This document shows positions 23,660 to 35,467 of a stretch of DNA of 64,000 nucleotides, piece after piece. Below the pieces are notes generated by a model, which was given only the letters and a program-made list of their open reading frames with translations, made no database searches and had not been told where the DNA came from. The number at the start of each line of letters is the position of its first letter. The stretch's first letter is position 1. Source of the DNA: Rhizophagus irregularis (Eukaryota); contig NC_089435.1 of the NCBI RefSeq assembly GCF_026210795.1, positions 2,852,001 to 2,916,000 on the forward strand, given 5' to 3'. The position numbers and the translations under genes are program-made.

Positions 23660-26600
23660 ATAATCATGTATTTTTCAGAAAGATTTTCCGAATTTTTCGG
23701 AAAACTACACGATTTTTTGTTGGTTGATTTTCCCAGTGAGAATAGTGGCTTGAAGGTGGCTACTAGTTTATGTAAAATACCACCGTACCGCGTCAATAAT
23801 AACACTAACAACTTCGCAGTTCTATTGTAGATTTTGAAAGGATTTCTTACTTTTCTTAGGTAGATTCATAATGGTACTCTTTTCTTTAACGAAAATTAAT
23901 ATATTTTATTTTACTATTTTTTTTTTAGAAAAAGGTTTATTGTGAATGTCTGAGGTTTTCCTTTAGTTTCTTCCGTTAAAATTGACAATTTTTTTTCTTT
24001 ATTCTTTAGAAATATTGGCTGTCTATTTCTTCCTTAAACACAGATTTTAGATTTTGTATTTTTAGTAATATAGTAAATATTTTTTGTTAAAGAAACATAT
24101 TGGTGGCATGTTTGGGAAATTACCGTTATTTTCATATACAATATTTCATACAATAAATTTATATTTATCTGGGGTATCTGGGGTCTTAACGTGGATTCTT
24201 CTAATAGCTAGTAATATTAGTTGTTTTAGCGGCTGTTGTATTTAATGCATGTACCTTCCATTATTTAGTACGTTGTTAAATTTAATAAAACACAGCCAAC
24301 CCGAACATCCTCGGGTGATCAAAAAATTTTATTTATCAAAACTTTTATATTTGTTCTTGCCTTTATATTCTTATTACCTTCATTGACAAGCCCTTTGTCT
24401 TTATTTATCACTATTACTATTTTTTTCTCGTTTTTCCAGCTCTAAATTAATCCATTTAATAATTGCAGTTAATGTTTTATCACATTTGGGAATATCAACA
24501 TTATTGAGTATACGAGAAACCATTGATTGATTAAATCCAATTTGGACAGTTGAGATTTCCCTTATTTCACGAGCTATTCTGGATTGGCTTGGAGCATCAA
24601 GACCTTTTCGGTATTCCATTACAGTTTTAAAATCATTAATAATATTGATTTCTTCTTTTGAAAATACTTTTTTCTTTTTTGGCTGCCATTGTTCGTATAA
24701 ATCATTACTTGTTTTATGAATTTTGCTAAATTAAAAAATACATATTAATTATTGTATGATTGTAATTATCGTGGTATAAACAAATCCAAATAAAGTGATT
24801 ACCTATTTCGCATCAATGTCTCCGCAATGAGATTTTGAGTTGATTTTAGTGTTTGAGTTCTCACATAAAGATATTGATCAATTGGTAAATTTTTTTTACC
24901 TATATCTAAATTTTTAACAATATGATTTTCAACCTCTACTGTTGCGGTAGTTCTCCTTGTTCTATTTTTTATTGCAGGCACCAAATTACTCCATAAAACT
25001 ATAGTTTTCCACCATACTTTATCCAAATAGTTTATTAAATTTAAACTATAAAATGGATTTTTAATACTATCAAATGGAGATAACTGTGCATCAACCGTGA
25101 TGCCCAATTGCGGAACTAAAAGCCTAAAATTTTTGTTTTCATCGCATAAAATTTTTAACAAAATATTATTATCCAATCTATAGGTCCACAAATTCTCTTG
25201 TTCTTGATTTAATAGGTTGGAAATACACATTGGATTATTATAAATATTCTCTCCTATACTACTACTTAAATCAAAGCAATCTGAATCCATGTGTATTAAT
25301 AAATCTGGTATAACAGTTACATCAAAATTTTCAGTTAATATTTTTCTTCCAGCTAATTTTATATCTTTGTTTATTAATTTCAAATATTTTTGATTCATAA
25401 CCCATTCCCATTTTTCAATTTCTTTTTCGGCATCCAGAATATTTTCTTTTACTCTAACGGCATTCCAAATTCGCATAGCAAATTTTGATATAATTTCTCG
25501 GTCATAGCCTGATTCAATCATGAATTTTTTAGATCTAACATGATGGCGTATAGCTCTAATAGCATGACCAAAGCACCAACCAATTAGCACCTTCGAATTA
25601 TCAAATTCTTCTTTATTTATTATAGTATTCATGATTCTAGTAATATATTGATCTACACTTTCATTATTATACACTTCTAATATAGCCACTAGTAAGTTTC
25701 GTGCACAATCTGTATTAATTAAAAAAGGTACTGAATTGGAATTAAACAATTCTAATTCCTTTTGTCTATATATGTGTAGATATCTTTGAAGGTTCTTTGA
25801 AGATAAATCATTTGTTACTAACTCAAATACATCTACTGGCGGTGCATCTGAAGAATTTTCATTTGATGGCATCGTGAAAAAAGCATTTAAAATTCTTTTG
25901 TTGTTCGAATTATTTAATGGTGTAAGATATTGAGGTACAGGTTTTACTAATTGACCTGTATAATCCAAAAAAATTCCAGGATTATTATTTACATTATAAT
26001 GATAATATGTGATTCCTGCTTCATTAAATATCATGACTGATAAAGGTTGTGTTTGAATTGGTTCTTGAATAAAACCCCATAATCGACGTTTGTTAACTAA
26101 ATCAGCTCCATTAATCTTAATATAATCATCCTTTTCTTTGCCATTTATATCTCCTATGGCTGCATGTAACCGTTCACATAAATTGTAACCCGATTCATTT
26201 TTTTCTTTTTCAGAATAAATTGTTCGAGCTGAATGAGCTGATGGTATACCTTGACGATTGCCAGTATAACGAACTTCATTTTTAACGTTTGATAGTATTT
26301 TTTTCTCATCTGTCGGGGGGATTTAAATTCTACTGATCTCGATAATACTTGTCTAGCATATCCTCGACATTGACCAAAAATTTTTCCATCTAAATGTCTA
26401 CATTGCCTTTTATTTGTTGAATATATTACATTAATTTTAACAAACTCTTTTGATTGAATTAAATCAATATTATTAATGATTATTCTGAATAATGTTTGAT
26501 TTTTTTTATCACATCCTCCACAATAGCAGTATTTAATCAAATTTTTATTTGTTTCAGATGTTTTTAGAACAGAAATTGAAATTTGTGGTGGAAACTCAGA

Positions 26601-28311
26601 CTGTCCTTTAAGTAATTCAACTAAATAATAATTACTAATTTGCCAAGGCCTCCAATGATAATTACAGTTTTCAATATTATATATAAATAAAGATGACGCT
26701 TCTTCTTGTGATATTGTAAATTGAAAATCCTTAGCCTCCGGATAAATTAAATAACCATCTAATTTATCAATATTGGGAATATATTTATTGTCAACGCCCA
26801 TAAATAATCCAATTATATTATTTTGAACTTCGTCATAATTTTCATTTTCTGTAATTATATTATTATTAGATTCTAATTCATCTGTAATTATATTATTATT
26901 ATTATTAAATTCTACTTCATCTGTAATTATATTATTATTATTATTAGATTCTACTTCATCAACTGCTAAATTAATATAATTGTCCTGAAAAGATGATGAT
27001 AGTAGATCTTTAGGAATAGTTTTTTCCAAAAATTGTGGTAAATTTGAATCGTAATATGATGATTTTTTCTTAAATACCGGTACAAAATGATTAGATTTAC
27101 CGCTATTTTGAAAACTTGTTGCAGAAAGAGAACTCCACATAATAATACATGGCGGATAGTAATGTGGATTTTGTCTTGGCATTATAACACAATTATAAAT
27201 CCGATTCATAAATTCACTTCCAGTATTTGGAAAAAGAGATTCTACTGGTCTATGCAATACTGATGCTAAACCAAAAAACGCAACCATTGAACACCAAGAA
27301 TGTGGCTTGCACATTAATTTTAATTCAGCAATGTATTCCTGAGTTTTTTTAAACATATCAACTTTTTCCATATTTGTATTTAACGCTTCATCTCGATAAA
27401 GTACATCTTGTTCAAAAATTTTTTGTTGCAAATAATAATCTGCATTAGCCATTAATTCAATCATTACAGCTAAACGTAATTGTATATGATTTTCTTCATG
27501 CCCATAGACAATCAATGAGGCGCTATTAAAAAAGCAATTTCCATCTGCGGTAGATCTAATACAAACATAATCTGCATATTTTTCAGGAATTAGTTTCATT
27601 GCCTCATCATCTCTTCTATTGTAATCCCACTCTTCATAAATTGTTCTAAAATTAGTCGGTAATAAAATGTTATTAAGATCAAATTGATTACCATATGTAA
27701 TGATATCATTAAGCGTAATATTATTTCCACAAAAAAAATCAAAAATATCGTACAAAACGTTTTTTGCTGTAGTTGAGTTCATTTTTGTTTATAAAAATTT
27801 TGTAAACACGTAAAAAGTATGTTGAAAACGTGGAAAAAATTATGTAAAAAGATGTTTTTATATTTTGCTGTGACAAAAAGACAAGATAAAAGATGTTTCT
27901 TTGTTTTATTAGGTAAAACGAGTAAAAAAGTTTTTTTTATTGGTGAAAAAGCGAAGAAATAAAGTGTCTATCTATATAAAAAGAAGTAAGAGTTATATTT
28001 TTATGGTAATAGAACATTTAAAATTTAGTAATAAATCCTTTTACAGTAATAGAACATTTAAAGTTTAGTGATAAATCCTTTTACAGTAATTAAACATTCG
28101 TGTTCCTTAAGTTTATGGCATAAACGAAAGCATATATATTAATGCATTAGTTAATATTGTCACATTTTTGTACGCAGTAAATAATATTCCATATGAACAT
28201 CTATGTATAAGCCACCTTCAAGCCACTATTCTCACTGGGAAAATCAACCAACAAAAAATCATGTAGTTTTCCGAAAAATTCGGAAAATCTTTCTGAAAAA
28301 TACATGATTAT
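23660..28311 (-). mobile_element. Mutator-like (MULE, NOF/FB-type) DNA transposon, autonomous-type
   Basis: 102-bp TIRs at 23660-23761 and 28210-28311 with one mismatch. 9-bp TSD TACATTCCG at 23651-23659 and 28312-28320. Empty site at 5663-5671 in copy 1 of the host element. Encodes a DDE transposase. Confidence 0.93.
24401..27782 (-). CDS. OTU (vertnin-like) protease - MULE DDE transposase - HTH fusion; -1 frameshift at 26298-26304; intron 24726-24802
   Basis: OTU motifs STADGNCFFNSAS, W...AFFGLASVLHRPV and SNHFVPV. Transposase motifs IFLDYTG (D1), INTDCA (D2), WCFGH (CxxH) and RTTATVE (E). Adding one A in the A7 run gives an open linker (GNRQGIPS...WGFIQEP) in frame with ORF 24799-26034. 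A GT-AG intron joins in frame to an HTH-like exon (SQSRIAREI...FNQSMVSRIL). Confidence 0.85.
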
Positions 28312-29055
28312 TACATTCCGTATGATTAATTTTTTCCGTATATATTAGTTTTTTTAAAAAATGTTCAAAAATGAATTGCTTATTAAATATACGGAATTTG
28401 TATACGGAATCTATAGAAACGTACATAAAATGTATACAAAATGTATCCTTTCCGTATACATATTTCTTATAGGGTAGGGGCGTAAAAGATGGGACAACTC
28501 GTTACTTGTAATGGTGTTAGGTAGTTACTTCTAAATGGAGTATAGTATTTTTTTTAATTAGTATGGCGACTACTTGTTTTTATATCTCCTCAGTACTCGT
28601 CTATATAATAAAAATAAAAATAAATAAAATTTTTTCAATCCGAAAATTTTTTTTAATATTTTTAACTTTCCCTTTACGGTTTTTTTTTGAGTTGATCTTT
28701 TTTCTTTTTTTCAGTTTTTTTCAAACTGAATTTTTTCTTTCAAAGATTTAATATTTTAATTTTCCTTTTTCGGTTTGGTCTTTTTCAAACCAAAAGGATT
28801 TATTTTATCACTATTTAGGTTAGATTGGTGCTGCAAGGTCACGGATAAGCGCTGTTTCTTTATTTTTTTCCCTTAATAATTTTTTTTTGTTCCTTTGACT
28901 TTCGTCTCTCAGTTTTTGATCAGGAAAGGATCATTGTTGCGAAATAATTGAAATAAATATACAGTATATCTGATATATTTTTTGTTTAAATAAATTATAG
29001 TCTTTTAATTAGAATAAATATAAATACATTTATTTAATCATTATAATTATGATAA

Positions 29056-30695
29056 ATTTAAGTATTATTTGTAGAAAAATAAATAGTATTAAATTTCGAA
29101 AAAAATATCGTTGTGATTAATTATATCTTTAACTCAAGCAAGGTTTCCATTTCTTTTCTTGAAAAGTATTTATCTTCAAAAGTTTTTGGATGGAACATTT
29201 ATCATCTCTGTCAAATCGGTTATATCTATTTGAAATATAGCATAAATAATAAATGAATAATTGATGATTTATTCTTCAAATTATTTCTTTTTTAGTAAAA
29301 TAAAAATATACCATCTAATAAAACCATTTCTTCAATTGGAAGTTGAGGATTACGGATTACGTGCACGTGCAATTATTGAAAGCTGATACTCAATCCAACC
29401 TAATACTTCAAGTTTTACCACATATTTATATCAGAATCTTATAATTAATATCATATATTACTAATTTAAAAGTTAATAGAAAAAAGAATTTTAGCAATTA
29501 ATATAAATTTTAGTGTAACATTTTTTAATATTTATTTTTCAAATAACATAATCATACTTATTTCCATTTTGTATGGGAAAGTCTAAATAAAGTTCTTCAT
29601 TTTTAGAATATATCATCTTAAGCTTATCATTTAAATTTGTTGTTAATTTTGATATAAAGTAAACTTGTGGTTTTTAAAATAATTCATTATAAATTAATAT
29701 ATATTAATTACTATTCACTTTAAGAAATTAATGAATTAAATATTCTCCTACTTTCATACATATGTTTACTAAATCCATAAACAATTCCAAGTTTAGAAAA
29801 ATCATTATTACAGATGGTGACCTAAATTATTCGGACACGTGATTATCTCATCGTCCAGTGATCCAAATTTGATGAATAAAGGCTCATTGGATACGTCTCA
29901 TCAAAACGAGTCAAATGGTGGTTAGTTCATGTCTCTAGCATCGATAGATCACGTGATAATTGCTAAAGCGTCCAAATTTTCTTAAATTAAAAATTGCGAC
30001 TGGAATACATTTGTGATATTATCTCGTCATCTAGTGATTCAAATCTGACGATTAAAGACTCATTGGATTTGTCTCATTGAGGCGAATCTAATAATAGCTA
30101 GTTAATGTCTCCAGGATCGATGGATGCGGAGATATATTTAAAAACAGGTTTTAGACGTTTTGGCAATTACCCTGTGATCTATTGGGGCTAGAAGTGCGTG
30201 CTGACCACCATTCGATTCCTCTTGATGAAACGAATCCAATGAGTCTTTATTCATCAAATTTGAATCACTGGATGACGAGATAATTACAAGTGTCCGGATA
30301 ATTTTGGTCACCATCTGTACTATTATTAACATTCAGAAATCTACACATTCTTTTAATAAATAAATACATGAAATATATGAAGTAATATAAATCCTATTAT
30401 GATATATATGTGTATAACAATTGCTTTGCTTCATAGTACATTACTAGCAATTCTATATATATTTTATATTTAATAAAAATAGTAATTTGCTACTATCTTT
30501 AGAGATTTTACTGATATATCATCAGATAATAATATCTTTTAATTGTATAACTGATAACATGATAGACACTTGAGATAATGTGCTAAATTATTTAATGGTT
30601 CCAATTGTATAACTTTATTAAGATCAACAAAACATTGTCATATTCTTGAAAAATATAATACACAATAGTTCTTTTACTTAAATTATGAATATTCC
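29056..30695 (-). pseudogene. Second copy of the truncated RING-TPR 3' fragment, interrupted by a MITE
   Basis: Near-identical to 14344-15535 apart from the insertion at 29811-30317. Confidence 0.8.
29811..30317. mobile_element. Tc1/mariner-type MITE (TA TSD)
   Basis: TA|CAGATGGTGACC...GGTCACCATCTG|TA with imperfect TIRs over 100 bp. An internal degenerate copy of the TIR subunit lies at ~30018-30130. Absent from the paralogous site at ~15100. Confidence 0.9.
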
Positions 30696-31406
30696 TTCTT
30701 TTCAGTTTGTCTTTCTGAATTTTATTTTCGAATTTATTTTTTCAGTTTTTTTTTTAAAACTGAAATATTTTTTCAATTTTTATTTCAGATTTTTTTTAAA
30801 CTGGTTTTTTTTTTAATTTATTTTTCAGTTTGGTTTTACAAAACTAAAAATTTTTCTTTTAATTTGGTTTTTTTAAAACCAAATTTTTTTAATTTTTTTT
30901 TCCTTTATAATCTATACTATTTTTTTTGTATAATTTTTTTAATTTAATTTTATATACTGTATTTTTCTGTTATTGTTATATGAGTACATTCTTTTTTTTT
31001 AGACTTGAATCTAAATCAGTGATCGGATTAATAGTGGCGTTATGATAAGCCTTTTTTTTCAATCCTCATTTTCAATAATAATTTTTTATTGCTAATATTT
31101 TTTCATTCTTTCACCCTTTAGATTTGGATCAGTGATCAAATAGATGCTGTAGTACTATTGTAAGTATCTCCGATTTTTATTTTAATAATATTTTTTTCCT
31201 AATTAATTATTTACTTTCTATTTTTTTTTCGATCTTTTACCTTTTAAGTTTGGTCAAGATCAGTGCTGTCTAAAGTTTTAAATTATCAGTTTAAATTGAA
31301 GTTTATTTATAATAAATAAAATGAATTTACAAATTTTAAAATATAACAAATGAAAGAAAATGAAAAAAATAAAACAGTATTAATTTAAAAAATTAAAAAA
31401 AAACAG

Positions 31407-34400
31407 TCATAGGTAATTAATTATATCTTTCAGCTCAAGCAAATTTTCCATTTCTTTTCTTGAAAAATATTTATCTTTAAAAGTTTCTGGAACATTTGGA
31501 CACCATTCATGAAAATTTGGTAATATATCACCTACTATATTAGGAAAATAAGTTATCTTTTCATCATTATACAGTTTATACCCATTTCGAACATAATCTA
31601 TTTGCTATAAATAAATAAATAATAATGAGTTACTAAAACCAATTTTCTTTTTAAATAGAAAGTTTACAAGTAAAATAGAAATATACCATATTAATAGAAC
31701 CATTTATTTTAATTGAAAGTTGTACATATTTGTAATATACATTTTCTGAAAGCTGATATTCAATCCAACCTAATCCCTCAAGTTTTAACATATCTTCATA
31801 TTTTAACACATGTTCATAATGTTTTAGTTCGAAATCCTTATACTGTTCAGAATTCTATAATAAATCCATATATTAATTAAAAATAACATTTTTAAATTTT
31901 AATAGTGAAAAAAGAGATTTTAGCAATTAATAAAACTTACAGTGCTTTTAATTATAAATTTTATAAAGCTATCTTTATTTAGTACTTCTTTAACACTTAT
32001 TTTCCAAATAACTCTATAACTATAATTAAAATATAGCATGGGCAAATTCAAATAAAGCTCTTCATTTTTTGAACTTATTATCTTTTCTGATAAACTAAGA
32101 AATTGAAAGTTAAAACATCTACCACAATTTTTGAAAATTTAATAAATATCCACTTACCTATTTATATCATTTTCTTGAAGTTGATGAAGTTTGCTATTTA
32201 AATTTACCATATTTGATATAAAATAAACTCGTATTTCTAAAATAATTTATTATAAATAATCAAAAAGATTAATTATTAAATATTATAAGAAGTTAACAAA
32301 TTAAACATTCTCTTACTTTCATACATGTATTTACTAAATTCATTAACAATTCCAAGTTTGGAAAGATCATTATTGTTATTATTAACATTTAAATATAACC
32401 AAAAATCTGTGATTTCTCGTAATAAATAAGTATATGAAATATATAAAATAATCCTAGAATAATAAAGATTTTTATCATATAACAAGTTCAAGTCTAACAT
32501 TGCTTCATGATACATTTTTAATTCTACATATACTTTGCATCTAACTAAAATTAGTAATTCGCTATCTTTAATATTAGAAATTTGATTAATTCTTATCAAT
32601 ATATTATTTAATTCTGTAGAATTATTTTTATTCAGTAAATATTCCAGATGAAATAGTTGAGTTTTTGCTAATGTATCATTAAAATCTAATAATTCTTTAC
32701 ACTTTTTAAATACCATTATAGCATTATCAATATCTCTTTTTGCATAATAAATTAGACACCTGAGATAATATGCTAAACTATTTAATGGATCTAATTGTAT
32801 AACTTTATCAAGATCTAATGAAACTTTATTATAATCTTGAAGAGTATAATATGCAATAGCTCTCTTATTTAAATTATGAGTATTTTCTGGATCAATAATA
32901 TTTGCTTTTGTAAAATATGATATAGCTTTACTATATTGTCTTATATTATATAAAATTTCTCCATAATAACATAAAATTAAAGAATCATCCTTGTTGGTAT
33001 TCAGCAGTTTGTCTAACTTTTCTAAAGCACGATTATAAAGATTAATCTTTGCATAGTTACATGCACTATTCTTAAGACATAAATAATTATCTGGACTATT
33101 TTCTAATACAATGTTATAATTATCATATGCATCATAATAATCTTTATTAAATAAGTAACTATTTCCAAGTATTATATATAACTTATTTATTTTAGCCTTA
33201 TAATTTTTTGATTTTTCTAAATTATTTATTGCTTCACTATAGTTACTTTGCCAAAAAAATATTTCTCCACAAATTAAATAAGCAATTGGTTCTTTTGGTT
33301 TTAAATTAATTGCTTCTTTCAAATAGAAGTGTGCTTGTTCATAATTTTTAAGACATCTATAAATATAACCTAAAATACATCTTAAAGAATAACTTTTAGG
33401 AAAAAAATTTAAAAATTCTTTACATAATGATTCAGCTTTTTCATAATGTTTTTCATTTATTTCTTTTATAATATTTTGATATGTTGGATGTTGTTTTTTT
33501 GAATTTCTTGAAAGTATTGATGATAATGATATATTTGAATTTAATTTAATAATTGAATTTATAGATTTCTTCTTTTTAGCTAATATAAGATCAGCTTCTG
33601 AATTATCTGAATCATCACTATCATATATTTGATCAGAATTTTCTGATTTAATCGGAGGTATAATATGTCCAGATTCAGAAAATTTAGTATATAAATTTTT
33701 ATAAATAGAAATTTGTGGTAAATATCTGATATCATTTTCTTCAATTTTTTCTCGACATTTAGGACAAATTTTTTGTTTTAATAATTTTAAATTATTTAAT
33801 GATAATATATGTTGACATTTTAAAATACATAATTGATCCTCTGGTTCACTACTAATTGGACAAGTCATTTCATCTGCTATAATATCTATAACTTTAGAAT
33901 TTGATGTCTGTTCTCTCTTTAAATATGAATTTTTATTTAAACTTTTTCCTTTTCCTTTTCCTTTCTTTTCTTTTCCAATATTTTCACTTGAAATTTTTAA
34001 GTCTTCAAGATATTTTTCTTTAATAAATAATAATAAATTTTGAAATTTTTCTGAAAAATCTGATGATTTATTTTCATTTAATTTTTTTATATATTGATCA
34101 AAATCATCCTCAATCATTGAAAACATTTTACTATCAATGTTATGTAAATGTAATAAAATTTCAACTGCTTTAAATTGAATGAAACTACTTGGAGCTTTAT
34201 TAAGTGATTCAATTGCTAAATAATAACAAAGACCATATGTAGAAGTTTGAGTAGACTTTTGAATAAGGTTTTGTGCAAGATCCAATATTCCAAACCATAA
34301 GGTATGTGGTAAGGCAATAGGTTCATTTCCAGCGAGATCATTTAAGAAACTTCCTGTGTTTTTTAAAGCTTTAGCAACTTTGTTTGATACTTCATCAAAT

Positions 34401-35467
34401 TTTGTTTGAGAATCTAAAATAGATTTATTTGTTACATCAATCCATTCTCTTTCCAAAAAGCTCCAAAGATGTTCCATTAATACCAATTCACAGAATTTTT
34501 TACTAATTATCATTTCAGTACCTTCAGACCAGGTAAAAAGATTATGTTGAATAATCAACATAGTTCTCCAATCTACATAATAAGGTGCTACAGGATATTT
34601 AAAACTTAAGCTTTCACGTATTTGTGTAAGCATTGACAAGATTGAACAATTATCATTTGGAAGAGCGACTCCTGCTGCTGATAAAACTCCTGGGGTAATA
34701 TTCAATGCAACTTTAAGCAATTCTTTAGTTCTTCGTATAATTTCTTGAAACCAAGTTTCATCATCACGCAAACTATGTAATGTGTCTCGTAAGTGGATTA
34801 ATAAGAAGTCAATGTTATAATTACGCTTTTTGGTGATGATTTGGTCATCTTGATTGTTGTTTTGTTGGTTAAATTGGTTAAAATTTGATCTAAAATTCTT
34901 ATCAAGTCCTATTTCAAAAACTTGAGTCGTTTTACGATGAATTTCTGCAAATTTTGATAAAGAATTATAAACTTTATCTCGAAGTTCTTTACTAAGTATT
35001 ATTAGTGAAAAGCATATCCGTTCTAAGACTGTTACCCAAGTTCTCAAATGTAACTCCAATATAGCCACACTTTGTTTTTCATAAAAATCGAATGGGGTCG
35101 GATCCGCCAAGGCAACTAAAGTGTCTCGAAGAATTCGAGATGAAAATTCATTTTGTAAATTTTCAAAAAGTAATTTTAATGCAGATAAATATTTTATGTC
35201 GGTCAATTCTTTAATAAGTTCTTTTGCCTTTTCATCGGGAGTTGTAAATCCATCCTCTTCTAATTTTAAAAGAATACTATTGTTGAAGAAGTTTTCATGC
35301 GAAGCCGTTTTATATGAAAAAACAGAGTCGTGAATTTCTGGAATAGTATTACTAGAAGAACTTCCGCTCTACATATTTATAAAATTATTATAAACCCTAT
35401 TTTTAATTAATTAAAATATTTAATATTACTTAAAATTATAATTCACCTGACTTGAACTTCCTTCCAT
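31407..35467 (-). CDS. RING/U-box-like + TPR protein (paralog B)
   Basis: Same exon structure as 16255-20288: ATG at 35467, a 976-aa ORF in the long exon, TGA at 31407-31409. Confidence 0.85.

Larger units (their letters stand above)
22201..28474. mobile_element. Non-autonomous CCC-ended TIR element, copy 2, carrying a nested MULE
   Basis: Same termini as 4333-5836 (CCCTATAA...TTATAGGG). TSD TAG at 22198-22200 and 28475-28477. Colinear with copy 1 apart from the 23660-28311 insertion. Confidence 0.92.
21988..28626 (+). mobile_element. Probable 5'-truncated non-LTR retroelement or SINE-like 3' end (~360 bp once the nested insertions are removed)
   Basis: Absent from the paralogous site in unit A (GATCTATTCGAAATTTTTTTC, ~14021). 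Stem-loop rich and ends in an A-rich tail (AATAAAAATAAAAATAAATAAAA). No TSD seen. Confidence 0.45.
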
